A stretch of 37,069 bases of DNA from IMG/VR virus record IMGVR_UViG_2568526441_000003. One strand, written 5' to 3'. The notes under the pieces are model-generated. The model worked only from the letters and a program-made list of their open reading frames with translations. It was not told the origin of the DNA and made no database searches. This document shows positions 18,831-27,067 of this stretch, one piece after another (positions within the stretch are counted from its first letter, which is position 1; each line of letters begins with the position of its first letter). Origin of the DNA: a virus (taxonomy: Duplodnaviria; Heunggongvirae; Uroviricota; Caudoviricetes). The position numbers were made by a program, and so were the translations under genes.

Positions 18831-19033
18831 TGAAAGTGCGAGCGCATCAGTATGACACGGTGGATGCACTTTGCTGGCGTCATTACGGGCGCACGCAGGG
18901 TGTCACGGAGCAGGTACTGAAGGCAAATCCGGGGCTTGCCGAATACGGCCCCTTTTTACCTCACGGGCTGCAGGTGGAGCTGCCGGACATTCCGACCACC
19001 ACCACCGTGCAGACCGTCCAGCTATGGGACTGA
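18830..19033 (+). CDS. X: tail protein X
   Basis: 67 aa, same length as P2 X; ATGA overlap with L stop. Confidence 0.75.
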   Translation: MKVRAHQYDTVDALCWRHYGRTQGVTEQVLKANPGLAEYGPFLPHGLQVELPDIPTTTTVQTVQLWD

Positions 19034-19036
19034 ATT

Positions 19037-19252
19037 ATGACGCTTGAGCGAATCAGCGCCTTTATCACGTACTGCATCGCCGTTGTGCTGGCCTGGCTGG
19101 GCGATTTGTCCATCAAGGATGCCTCAACGCTGGGCGGTCTGATGATTGGTGTGCTGATGCTGGCTATCAACTGGTACTACAAACATAAAGCCTACCAGCT
19201 TCTGCGCGACGGGCAGATCTCGCGGGAGGACTATGAATCCATCAATCGTTAA
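19037..19252 (+). CDS. Y: holin Y
   Basis: 71 aa with two hydrophobic segments (AFITYCIAVVLAWLG, LGGLMIGVLMLAINWYY) and a charged C-terminus; precedes the endolysin. Confidence 0.75.
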   Translation: MTLERISAFITYCIAVVLAWLGDLSIKDASTLGGLMIGVLMLAINWYYKHKAYQLLRDGQISREDYESINR

Positions 19253-19745
19253 ACGCTGCCTTGTCGGGACCGTGCTGGCTATTGCTGCCACGCTGCCGGG
19301 TTTTCAGCAGCTTCACACCTCCGTGGAGGGGCTGAAACTGATTGCCGATTACGAAGGTTGTCGTCTGCAGCCGTATCAGTGCAGCGCGGGTGTCTGGACC
19401 GACGGCATTGGTAATACGTCGGGCGTCATTCCCGGCAAAACCATTACGGAGCGACAGGCAGCAGAAGGGCTGATCTCCAACGTGCTGCGTGTGGAGCGGG
19501 CGCTGGAAAGGTGTATGAAGCAACAGCCGCCGCAGAAGGTGTATGACGCTGCGGTGTCGTTTGCCTTCAACGTGGGTACGGGCAATGCCTGCAGTTCCAC
19601 GCTGGTGAAATTGCTCAATCAGCGGCGCTGGGCGGATGCGTGCCGACAGTTGCCGCGCTGGGTGTATGTAAAAGGTGTGTTTAATCAGGGGCTGGATAAC
19701 CGCCGTGCGCGGGAGATGGCCTGGTGCTTACAGGGAGCAAACTGA
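19233..19745 (+). CDS. K: endolysin K (T4-lysozyme-like muramidase with N-terminal signal-anchor-release-like segment)
   Basis: 170 aa; E-x8-D-x5-T catalytic arrangement in YEGCRLQPYQCSAGVWTDGIGNT; hydrophobic N-terminus CLVGTVLAIAATLPG. Confidence 0.8.
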   Translation: MNPSIVKRCLVGTVLAIAATLPGFQQLHTSVEGLKLIADYEGCRLQPYQCSAGVWTDGIGNTSGVIPGKTITERQAAEGLISNVLRVERALERCMKQQPPQKVYDAAVSFAFNVGTGNACSSTLVKLLNQRRWADACRQLPRWVYVKGVFNQGLDNRRAREMAWCLQGAN

Positions 19746-19746
19746 A

Positions 19747-20124
19747 ATGAAAAAGAAATTAATCAGCGGGCTGTTTCTGATGTTATGGATAGCGCTGTTA
19801 ATCGCCGCAATGGTGTATCCGCAGGGGATTTTTCCGGTACTGGCAGCATCTGGTGTCTGGGTAGCCTGTCTGCTGACATGGGGGGCAATTCCGGTAGCAC
19901 TGGCTGCGTTAATTAAGAACGGCCCGCTCTGGCAGGAGTTGAGGGCATCTTTGCTGAAGACCATTACCCGAAAAGAAAACGTATTTATCAGCTGGATGAT
20001 GCGATTGCTGATTGTCGTCAGTCTCGCCTGGACGGGGTGGGCTATTACCCTGGTCTTTTATCTACTGACCGTTATTGCCTTCTGGATCACCCGTAATCAG
20101 ATGGCGCAACAGGTAGCAGCATGA
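19747..20124 (+). CDS. lysA: lysis membrane protein LysA
   Basis: 125 aa from ATG 19747, multiple hydrophobic helices; position after K. Confidence 0.7.
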   Translation: MKKKLISGLFLMLWIALLIAAMVYPQGIFPVLAASGVWVACLLTWGAIPVALAALIKNGPLWQELRASLLKTITRKENVFISWMMRLLIVVSLAWTGWAITLVFYLLTVIAFWITRNQMAQQVAA

Positions 20125-20549
20125 ACCGGTTGCTGCTGGTTGTGCTGGCGTTATTACTGGCGGCGCTGGGCTGGAAGACGTGGCGGCTGGCTGATGCCAG
20201 CCAGACCATCAGCACGCAGGCAGATGAGCTTCGGAGCAAAAGCCAGGCACTGGCAAAGAGCAACAGCCAGCTTATCAGCCTGTCCATTCTGACAGAAACC
20301 AACAACCGGGAGCAGGCGCGACTTTATGCCGACGCAGAACAGACCAGCGCACTACTGAGACAACGACAACACCGGATTGAGGAACTGAAACGTGAGAACG
20401 AGGATTTACGCCGCTGGGCTGATACTCCTTTGCCTGCTGACATTATCCGGCTGCGGGAACGCCCGACACTCACCGGAGGTGCAGCTTACCGTCAGTGGTT
20501 GTCCGCGAGTGACGCCGTGTCGGCTGGGGCAGGCAGCGCCGCGCACTAA
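20121..20549 (+). CDS. lysB: LysB, Rz-like inner-membrane spanin
   Basis: 142 aa, N-terminal TM then coiled-coil-like region; synteny. Confidence 0.75.
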   Translation: MNRLLLVVLALLLAALGWKTWRLADASQTISTQADELRSKSQALAKSNSQLISLSILTETNNREQARLYADAEQTSALLRQRQHRIEELKRENEDLRRWADTPLPADIIRLRERPTLTGGAAYRQWLSASDAVSAGAGSAAH

Positions 20550-20679
20550 CGGTGACCTGAACGCGTTGCTGGATGAAACGGAGGCCGCCTGGGCGGTCTG
20601 TGCAGACAAAGTGGACATGATTATTGCGTGTCAGGAGCGAAACAGTGAACAAACCACAATCCCTGCGCCACGCCCTTAA
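20392..20679 (+). CDS. lysC: LysC, Rz1-like outer-membrane lipoprotein spanin encoded in the +1 frame inside lysB and across the R start
   Basis: 95-aa ORF with lipobox LTLSGC after a hydrophobic signal segment; embedded in lysB in the alternative frame as in P2. Confidence 0.65.
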   Translation: MRTRIYAAGLILLCLLTLSGCGNARHSPEVQLTVSGCPRVTPCRLGQAAPRTNGDLNALLDETEAAWAVCADKVDMIIACQERNSEQTTIPAPRP

Positions 20680-21076
20680 TAAAGCAGTGCCTTATGTCCG
20701 TAATAACCCGGACAAACTGCATCTGTTTGTGGATAACGGTTCGCTGGTTGCCACGGGGGCCAGCTCCATGTCATGGGAGTACCGCTACACCCTGAACGTG
20801 GTGATAGAGGATTTCAGTGGTGACCAGAATCTGTTGATGGCCCCGGTTTTGCTGTGGCTGCGTGATAACCAGCCCGATGCCATCAATAATCCCGCTTTAC
20901 GGGAAAAGTTATTCACCTTTGAGGTGGATATTCTGCGCAACGATGTCTGTGATATCAGCCTTAACCTGCAACTGACGGAACGTGTGCTGGTCAGCACTGA
21001 CGGCACAGTGTCCAGCGTTGAAGCTGTAGCGGAACCCGATGAACCTGAAGAAATGTGGACGGTGAAACGTGGCTGA
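20645..21076 (+). CDS. R: tail completion protein R
   Basis: ORF frame 20624..21076; GTG 20645 preceded by AGGAG is the likely start; synteny. Confidence 0.7.
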   Translation: MNKPQSLRHALNKAVPYVRNNPDKLHLFVDNGSLVATGASSMSWEYRYTLNVVIEDFSGDQNLLMAPVLLWLRDNQPDAINNPALREKLFTFEVDILRNDVCDISLNLQLTERVLVSTDGTVSSVEAVAEPDEPEEMWTVKRG

Positions 21077-21515
21077 ATTGCAGAAGGTGGACGACTGGCT
21101 GAGTGCCTTGCTGGCGAATCTGGAGCCAGCCGCAAGAAGCCGTATGATGCGCCAGCTGGCGCAGGAACTGCGCCGGACACAGCAGCAGAATATCAGGATG
21201 CAGCGCAATCCTGATGGCAGCAGTTATGAACCGCGCAGGGTAACAGCACGCAGCAAAAAAGGCCGCATCAAACGTCAGATGTTTGCAAAGCTGCGCACCA
21301 CAAAATACCTGAAAACTGCCGCCAGCGCCGACTCTGCCAGCGTACAGTTTGAAGGCAAGGTGCAGCGTATTGCCCGTGTTCACCATTACGGCCTGCGTGA
21401 TCGCGTCAGTCGCAAAGGACCGGAGGTCCGTTACGCAGAGCGCCGCCTGCTGGGTCTTAATGGTGAGTCTTATGTTCTAACTCTTGATATATTGAATAGA
21501 TTCCTTCTGTCTTGA
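21069..21515 (+). CDS. S: tail completion protein S (3' end runs into AT-rich insertion)
   Basis: 148 aa; synteny; last about 19 codons lie in AT-rich DNA and overlap the convergent cargo ORF. Confidence 0.7.
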   Translation: MAELQKVDDWLSALLANLEPAARSRMMRQLAQELRRTQQQNIRMQRNPDGSSYEPRRVTARSKKGRIKRQMFAKLRTTKYLKTAASADSASVQFEGKVQRIARVHHYGLRDRVSRKGPEVRYAERRLLGLNGESYVLTLDILNRFLLS

Positions 21516-22263
21516 ATTCACCATATGCCCAATGAATTGCATTTTTTTGTTCAGTTAGAATATATTTCCTAACTTTTTTAGAATAGTGAATGGTCAGTAT
21601 AAAACCCAAAGAAATCCATAATAGAATAAATATAGTTGTTGGGGCAAAGGAATAGATAAAAAATTTGTCTTTAACGAAATTCTTGACTTCTTCATCAATG
21701 TAAGCATTCCCTTCATCAGTGGTTAGTAGTTTACAAAGAATTTCTTTATGTTCGATAGTTAATGATTTGTACTTCTCTGTACTGGCAGAGGATGACTCTT
21801 CGCAATCATCCTTTGATATTTCCCAATCAGGAGTGGTTAATATTGTAGCTGCAGTCGCCATTTTTTTTGACATATAAAATGATTCACCGGACTTTATCCA
21901 ATAAAGCAATGTGCTATTTGGTGGGGTTCTAATGGCTTGGATGAAAACTGGACCAAAAAGATAAATTGCACACAAAAAAAGAAGCGAAAATAGAACCGTG
22001 AATGATTTTTCAGCCCATGTGATAGTAGGCAGCCTTTTTAATGATATTTTTATAAGAAAAAAATTTAATATAAACGCAGGTATTCCTGATTTTTTCAAAA
22101 TTACATCATGAGATTTTCTATATTTGAATAGTGCTCTTATAACTATCGTCACCAAAGTTATAACAGCTCCAATAATGGAAATCCATGCGGCAAGTGCCGC
22201 TGCTGGGGTGTTTAAAAATTCAGCATTAAATATATTAGAACTTATTGGATTCATAACACTCAT
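21457..22263 (-). CDS. cargo: uncharacterized 268-aa multi-pass membrane protein inserted between S and V; candidate exclusion or abortive-infection protein
   Basis: Visibly AT-rich; strong SD AGGTGGA 4 nt upstream of ATG; at least four hydrophobic helices (e.g. AAALAAWISIIGAVITLVTIVI, FTVLFSLLFLCAIYLFGPVFI, IYSFAPTTIFILLWISLGFILTI) around an acidic/Ser-rich soluble segment; opposite strand to the late operon. Confidence 0.7.
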   Translation of the reverse strand: MSVMNPISSNIFNAEFLNTPAAALAAWISIIGAVITLVTIVIRALFKYRKSHDVILKKSGIPAFILNFFLIKISLKRLPTITWAEKSFTVLFSLLFLCAIYLFGPVFIQAIRTPPNSTLLYWIKSGESFYMSKKMATAATILTTPDWEISKDDCEESSSASTEKYKSLTIEHKEILCKLLTTDEGNAYIDEEVKNFVKDKFFIYSFAPTTIFILLWISLGFILTIHYSKKVRKYILTEQKNAIHWAYGEFKTEGIYSIYQELEHKTHH

Positions 22264-22302
22264 TTATCCACCTATTGGTTGTTTTTTATCCTTTTGTCAA
22301 TT

Positions 22303-22320
22303 TGTACCATCGATACCACA
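22303..22320. promoter_or_regulatory. late-promoter dyad TGT-N12-ACA upstream of V (candidate PV)
   Basis: TGTaccatcgataccACA read directly; centre is only about 55 nt from the V ATG and lies within the AT-rich insert. Confidence 0.3.
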
Positions 22321-22366
22321 ATTTGCAAGAAGTTATAAACAAATTTTCATCTGTCATCATATATCT

Positions 22367-22945
22367 ATGAACGCACAATTAACCGAAATCATGCGCCTTA
22401 TCACCAACCTGATCCGCACAGGTGTAGTTACCGAAGTGGACCGGGAGAACTGGCTTTGCCGGGTGAAAACGGGCGACCTTGAAACTAACTGGATCAGTTG
22501 GCTGACGCTGCGTGCCGGGAATGCCCGCACATGGTGGCGACCATCGGAAGGTGAGCAGGTGGTGCTGCTGAGTCTGGGCGGCAATCTGGAGACTGCCTTT
22601 GCGCTGCCCGCTGTCTATTCGAATCAGTTCGCACCACCGTCGACGTCGGCGGACGCCTGCGTGACAGAACATCCTGACGGTGGCTGGTTTGAATATGAAC
22701 CCGCCACCGGGCGCTGGTATGTCAGGGGCATCAAATCAATGGTCATTGAGGCCGCTGATAACATCACCATGAAAACCAGTGAGTTTGTACTGGAGGCTGA
22801 CCGCACGCGCATTAACAGCGAAGTGGTGATCAATGGTGGCGTTACCCAGGGCGGCGGAGCGATGAGTTCTAACGGGATTGTGGTTGATGCACATCAGCAT
22901 ACTGGCGTCCTGAAAGGCGGCGATACAACCGGAGGCCCGGTATGA
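22367..22945 (+). CDS. V: baseplate spike/assembly protein V
   Basis: 192 aa from ATG 22367; ...WLTLRAGNARTWWRPSEGEQVVLLSLGGNLETAFALPAVYS... resembles P2 gpV as recalled. The upstream in-frame extension of the tracked ORF is rejected. Confidence 0.8.
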   Translation: MNAQLTEIMRLITNLIRTGVVTEVDRENWLCRVKTGDLETNWISWLTLRAGNARTWWRPSEGEQVVLLSLGGNLETAFALPAVYSNQFAPPSTSADACVTEHPDGGWFEYEPATGRWYVRGIKSMVIEAADNITMKTSEFVLEADRTRINSEVVINGGVTQGGGAMSSNGIVVDAHQHTGVLKGGDTTGGPV

Positions 22946-23301
22946 CGCTTTATAGCGGGATGAACAATACCAGCGGCAAAGTCATTACTGATATTGATCA
23001 TCTGCGCCAGTCGGTGCGGGACATTCTGCTGACACCGCAGGGTAGCCGCATTGCCCGCCGGGAATATGGTTCCCTCCTGTCGGTTTTAATAGATCAGCCA
23101 CAAAATCCGGCATTACGCCTGCAGGTCATGTCGGCAGTGTATGTGGCGCTGAGTCGCTGGGAGCCACGGCTGACGCTGGATTCCATCACCATCAACAGCA
23201 ACTTTGACGGTTCTATGGTGGTGGAGCTGACCGGGCGGCGGAATAACGGTGTGCCTGTGTCCCTTTCCGTATCAACAGGAGCAGAGAATGGCAGTGATTG
23301 A
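22942..23301 (+). CDS. W: baseplate wedge protein W (gp25-like)
   Basis: 119 aa; synteny; ATGA overlap with V. Confidence 0.8.
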   Translation: MTLYSGMNNTSGKVITDIDHLRQSVRDILLTPQGSRIARREYGSLLSVLIDQPQNPALRLQVMSAVYVALSRWEPRLTLDSITINSNFDGSMVVELTGRRNNGVPVSLSVSTGAENGSD

Positions 23302-24196
23302 CCTTTCGCAGTTATCTGCGCCGCAGATTGTGGATGTGCCGGACTTTGAGACGCTGCTTGCCGAACGCAAGGCAGAATTTGTGGCGCTTCATCCGAAAGA
23401 TGAGCAGGAAGCAGTGATCCGCACGCTGGAACTGGAATCTGAACCCGTCACCAAATTATTGCAGGAGAACGCTTATCGTGAGTTGCTTCTGCGCCAGCGT
23501 ATTAACGAAGCCGCGCAGGCGGTGATGGTGGCTTATGCGATGGGCGGCGATCTGGACCAGCTCGCTGCCAACTACAACGTGAAACGCCTGACGGTGACGC
23601 CTGCTGATAATGACGCTGTGCCGCCCGTTGCGGCTGTGATGGAAAGCGATGAAGCGTTACGCCTGCGTGTGCCTGCAGCCTTTGAAGGACTTTCAGTTGC
23701 GGGGCCAACTGCCGCTTATGAATTTCATGCACGAAGCGCCGACGGTCGGGTGGCGGATGCCAGTGCAACCAGTCCGGCACCTGCAGAGGTGGTGCTGACT
23801 GTCCTTAGCCGCGAAGGCGATGGAACAGCAGAAAAAGACCTGCTGGATGTGGTGGAGAAAGCCCTGAACAGTGAGAACGTCCGCCCGGTGGCTGACCGTC
23901 TGACGGTTCGCAGCGCAGAAATCATCCCGTACCGCGTGGAAGCTACCATTTTTCTCTATCCGGGGCCGGAAGCAGAGCCGGTAATGGCAGCGGCAAAAGC
24001 CAGCCTGCAGAAGTACATCGCCAGTCAGACGCGGCTTGGTCGGGATATTCGCCGTAGTGCCATCTTTGCCGCCCTGCATGTTGAGGGTGTGCAGCGTGTG
24101 GAGCTGGCTTCACCGCTGGCGGATGTGGTCCTGAACAAAACACAGGCGGCATCATGTACGCAGTGGAGCGTAACCAACGGAGGAACGGATGAATAG
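23288..24196 (+). CDS. J: baseplate assembly protein J
   Basis: 302 aa from ATG 23288; synteny. Confidence 0.8.
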   Translation: MAVIDLSQLSAPQIVDVPDFETLLAERKAEFVALHPKDEQEAVIRTLELESEPVTKLLQENAYRELLLRQRINEAAQAVMVAYAMGGDLDQLAANYNVKRLTVTPADNDAVPPVAAVMESDEALRLRVPAAFEGLSVAGPTAAYEFHARSADGRVADASATSPAPAEVVLTVLSREGDGTAEKDLLDVVEKALNSENVRPVADRLTVRSAEIIPYRVEATIFLYPGPEAEPVMAAAKASLQKYIASQTRLGRDIRRSAIFAALHVEGVQRVELASPLADVVLNKTQAASCTQWSVTNGGTDE

Positions 24197-24794
24197 TCTG
24201 CTGCCACCGGGTTCAACACCACTGGAGCGCCGACTGGCGCAAACCTGCAGCGGGATTTCTGATCTGCAGGTGCCGCTTCGTGACTTGTGGAATCCGGCAA
24301 CCTGTCCGGTCAGTTTCCTGCCTTATCTCGCCTGGGCGTTCTCTGTGGATCGATGGGACGAGGGCTGGACGGAAAGCGTCAAACGCCAGGTGGTAAAGGA
24401 TGCTTTTTATATACATCAGCATAAAGGAACCACCAGTGCCGTGCGGCGGGTGGTGGAGCCGTTCGGCTTCCTGAACCGCATTATTGAGTGGTGGCAGACC
24501 GGAGAAACACCGGGCACGTTTCGCCTGGACATTGGTGTGCAGGACCAGGGCATCACTGAAGATACCTATCTGGAACTTGAGCGACTGATAAGCGATGCCA
24601 AACCATGTAGCCGTCACATGATCGGCATGTCCATCAACCTGCAGACCAGCGGCCCGCATTGGGTGGGAGCCGCCAGCTATCTTGGCGAAGAAATCACGAT
24701 CTATCCGTATATCAACGAAACAATTATTTCCGGCGGCACCGCGCATGAAGGCGGGGCGGTCCATGTTATTGACACAATGAGAGTGAATCCATGA
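24189..24794 (+). CDS. I: baseplate/tail protein I
   Basis: 201 aa; synteny. Confidence 0.8.
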   Translation: MNSLLPPGSTPLERRLAQTCSGISDLQVPLRDLWNPATCPVSFLPYLAWAFSVDRWDEGWTESVKRQVVKDAFYIHQHKGTTSAVRRVVEPFGFLNRIIEWWQTGETPGTFRLDIGVQDQGITEDTYLELERLISDAKPCSRHMIGMSINLQTSGPHWVGAASYLGEEITIYPYINETIISGGTAHEGGAVHVIDTMRVNP

Positions 24795-26332
24795 GCACAA
24801 AATTTTATACCCTGCTGACGGATATTGGCGCGGCGAAACTTGCCAGCGCCGCCGCGCTCGGTGTGCCTTTAAAAATTACCCATATGGCGGTGGGCGATGG
24901 CGGCGGAGTATTGCCGACGCCGGACGCAAAGCAGACTGCACTGGTAAATGAGAAACGCCGGGCTGCGCTGAATATGCTCTATATCGACCCGCAGAACAGC
25001 AGCCAGATTATTGCTGAACAGGTGATCCCTGAAAACGAGGGCGGTTGGTGGATACGTGAAGTGGGCCTGTTTGATGAGTCAGGGGCATTGATTGCCGTGG
25101 GGAACTGCCCGGAAAGCTATAAACCGCGACTGGCTGAAGGCAGCGGGCGCACCCAGACCGTGCGCATGGTGCTGATAACCAGCAGCACGGACAATATCAC
25201 CCTGAAAATCGACCCTGCCGTTGTGCTGGCAACCCGCAAGTATGTGGATGACAAGGCACTGGAGCTGAAGGTGTACGTGGATGATCTGATGGCAAAACAT
25301 CTTGCCGCACTGGACCCGCATTCACAGTACGCGCCAAAAGCCAGCCCGACGTTTACCGGAACCCCCAAAGCACCAACGCCAGCGGCGGGGAATAATACCA
25401 CGCAACTTGCGACCACCGCGTTTGTTCAGGCGGCACTGAAGGCCCTTATTAATGGTGCGCCAGCCACGCTGGACACGCTGAAAGAAATAGCCGCAGCCAT
25501 AAACAATGACCCGAAATTCAGCACCACCATTAACAATGCGCTGGAACTAAAAGCGTCACTGTCAAGTCCGGCACTTACCGGGACGCCAACAGCGCCGACT
25601 GCGGCACAGTCGGTCAACAATACACAGATTGCCACTACGGCTTTTGTGAAATCGGCGATTGCAGCAATGGTGGGTTCTGCACCTGCTGCACTGGATACAT
25701 TGAATGAACTGGCGGCGGCACTGGGGAATGATCCGAACTTTGCCACAACAATGCTTAATGCGCTGTCAGGCAAACAACCGCTGGACAATACGCTGACTAA
25801 TTTGAGTGGAAAAGATGTTGCTGGTCTTCTCGCATACCTTGGTTTGGGAGAAGGTTCGGCATTACCCGTTGGTGTGCCTGTTCCGTGGCCTTCAGCCACA
25901 CCGCCTACTGGCTGGCTGAAATGCAACGGTGCGGCTTTTTCTGCCGTTGAATATCCAAAACTGGCGAAGGCTTACCCGACAAATAAATTGCCTGATTTAC
26001 GTGGTGAGTTTATTCGTGGCTGGGATGATGGGCGCGGGGTAGATTCTGGTCGTTCCCTACTTTCGGCACAAAATAGTCTTTCTTTCGATCACCGTCATTT
26101 CTTACCAACTGCTTACGGAAGTGGTGGTGATGGATTGATGTCTGCTGTTTTCAAAGATGACAATAGTGCAATGTCATACTATCCAGCAGGAACAAATGAA
26201 TATAATGCGAATCCATCATCAGGGACAATCCTCCAAACATATTCAGCGAGAAATACTGATGGTTCAGATAAATTCGGTAACGAATCACGTCCACGAAATA
26301 TTTCATTTAATTATATCGTGAGGGCTGCATAA
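24791..26332 (+). CDS. H: tail fiber protein H
   Basis: 513 aa; N-terminus MSTKFYTLLTDIGAAKLA...ITHMAVGDGGG typical of P2-type H; two tandem internal repeats; AT-rich 3' portion. Confidence 0.85.
   Translation: MSTKFYTLLTDIGAAKLASAAALGVPLKITHMAVGDGGGVLPTPDAKQTALVNEKRRAALNMLYIDPQNSSQIIAEQVIPENEGGWWIREVGLFDESGALIAVGNCPESYKPRLAEGSGRTQTVRMVLITSSTDNITLKIDPAVVLATRKYVDDKALELKVYVDDLMAKHLAALDPHSQYAPKASPTFTGTPKAPTPAAGNNTTQLATTAFVQAALKALINGAPATLDTLKEIAAAINNDPKFSTTINNALELKASLSSPALTGTPTAPTAAQSVNNTQIATTAFVKSAIAAMVGSAPAALDTLNELAAALGNDPNFATTMLNALSGKQPLDNTLTNLSGKDVAGLLAYLGLGEGSALPVGVPVPWPSATPPTGWLKCNGAAFSAVEYPKLAKAYPTNKLPDLRGEFIRGWDDGRGVDSGRSLLSAQNSLSFDHRHFLPTAYGSGGDGLMSAVFKDDNSAMSYYPAGTNEYNANPSSGTILQTYSARNTDGSDKFGNESRPRNISFNYIVRAA
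25341..25770 (+). repeat. tandem duplication of about 70 codons inside tail fiber H
   Basis: Translated units ...GTPKAPTPAAGNNTTQLATTAFVQAALKALINGAPATLDTLKEIAAAINNDPKFSTT... and ...GTPTAPTAAQSVNNTQIATTAFVKSAIAAMVGSAPAALDTLNELAAALGNDPNFATT... are clearly homologous. Confidence 0.6.
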
Positions 26333-26934
26333 TGGGTGGAGCTGTATTAAATGATGCGCTGATCGCGGTAAAGGCAGGGGATATTACCGTTTATAACTAT
26401 GATAATGGGACACAGGAATATATCTCAACATCAACCGAATATCTTGCTGTCGGTGTCGGTATCCCGGCATGTTCTTGTTTAGATGCACCTGGTACACATA
26501 AAACGGGTTATGCAATTTGCCGCTCAACGGATTTGAACTCGTGGAAATATGTGCCAGACCATCGCGGTGAAATTGTTTATAGCACCGAAACGGGAGAACC
26601 AAAAGAAATCACAGCGCCAGGGGATTACCCTGAAAATATGACCACTATCGCTCCGTTAACACCATACGATAAATGGGATGGTGAGAAATGGGTAACCGAT
26701 ACCGAGGCACAATACGGTGCCGCAATAGAAGCGGCAGAAGCACAGCGCCAGTCACTGATTGATACTGCAATGGCTTCAATTAGTCTGATTCAACTGAAAT
26801 TGCAGGCCGGGAGGAAGCTGACGCAGACAGAAAACACCCGACTTAACGCCGTGCTGGATTACATTGACGCGGTGATGGCAACGGATACCAGCACTGTACC
26901 TGATATTTACTGGCCCGAATTACCTCAATTTTAA
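26332..26934 (+). CDS. G: tail fiber assembly chaperone G
   Basis: 200 aa directly after H; synteny. Confidence 0.75.
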   Translation: MGGAVLNDALIAVKAGDITVYNYDNGTQEYISTSTEYLAVGVGIPACSCLDAPGTHKTGYAICRSTDLNSWKYVPDHRGEIVYSTETGEPKEITAPGDYPENMTTIAPLTPYDKWDGEKWVTDTEAQYGAAIEAAEAQRQSLIDTAMASISLIQLKLQAGRKLTQTENTRLNAVLDYIDAVMATDTSTVPDIYWPELPQF

Positions 26935-26942
26935 ATTCCTAC

Positions 26943-26965
26943 CCCCGCGTCTGCGGGGCTTTTTT
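26943..26965 (+). terminator. rho-independent terminator after G
   Basis: CCCCGC-GTCT-GCGGGG hairpin (6-bp GC stem) followed by TTTTTT. Confidence 0.7.
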
Positions 26966-26982
26966 CATCACCGTTGTGCCAT
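26965..26982. promoter_or_regulatory. late-promoter dyad TGT-N12-ACA (candidate PF, Ogr-dependent)
   Basis: TGTgccattctccatACA about 94 nt upstream of the FI start. Confidence 0.5.
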
Positions 26983-27067
26983 TCTCCATACAAATCCCAA
27001 TTCGTGCATCCTGTGCGTATCAACCAGAACATAGTCAGACCTACTCTACAACCGGAGAGACTGCCTT

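Noticed and set aside
22124-22366. Upstream in-frame extension of V suggested by the ORF track
   Set aside because: Overlaps the convergent cargo gene and the AT-rich insert; ATG 22367 gives a product of the expected V size.
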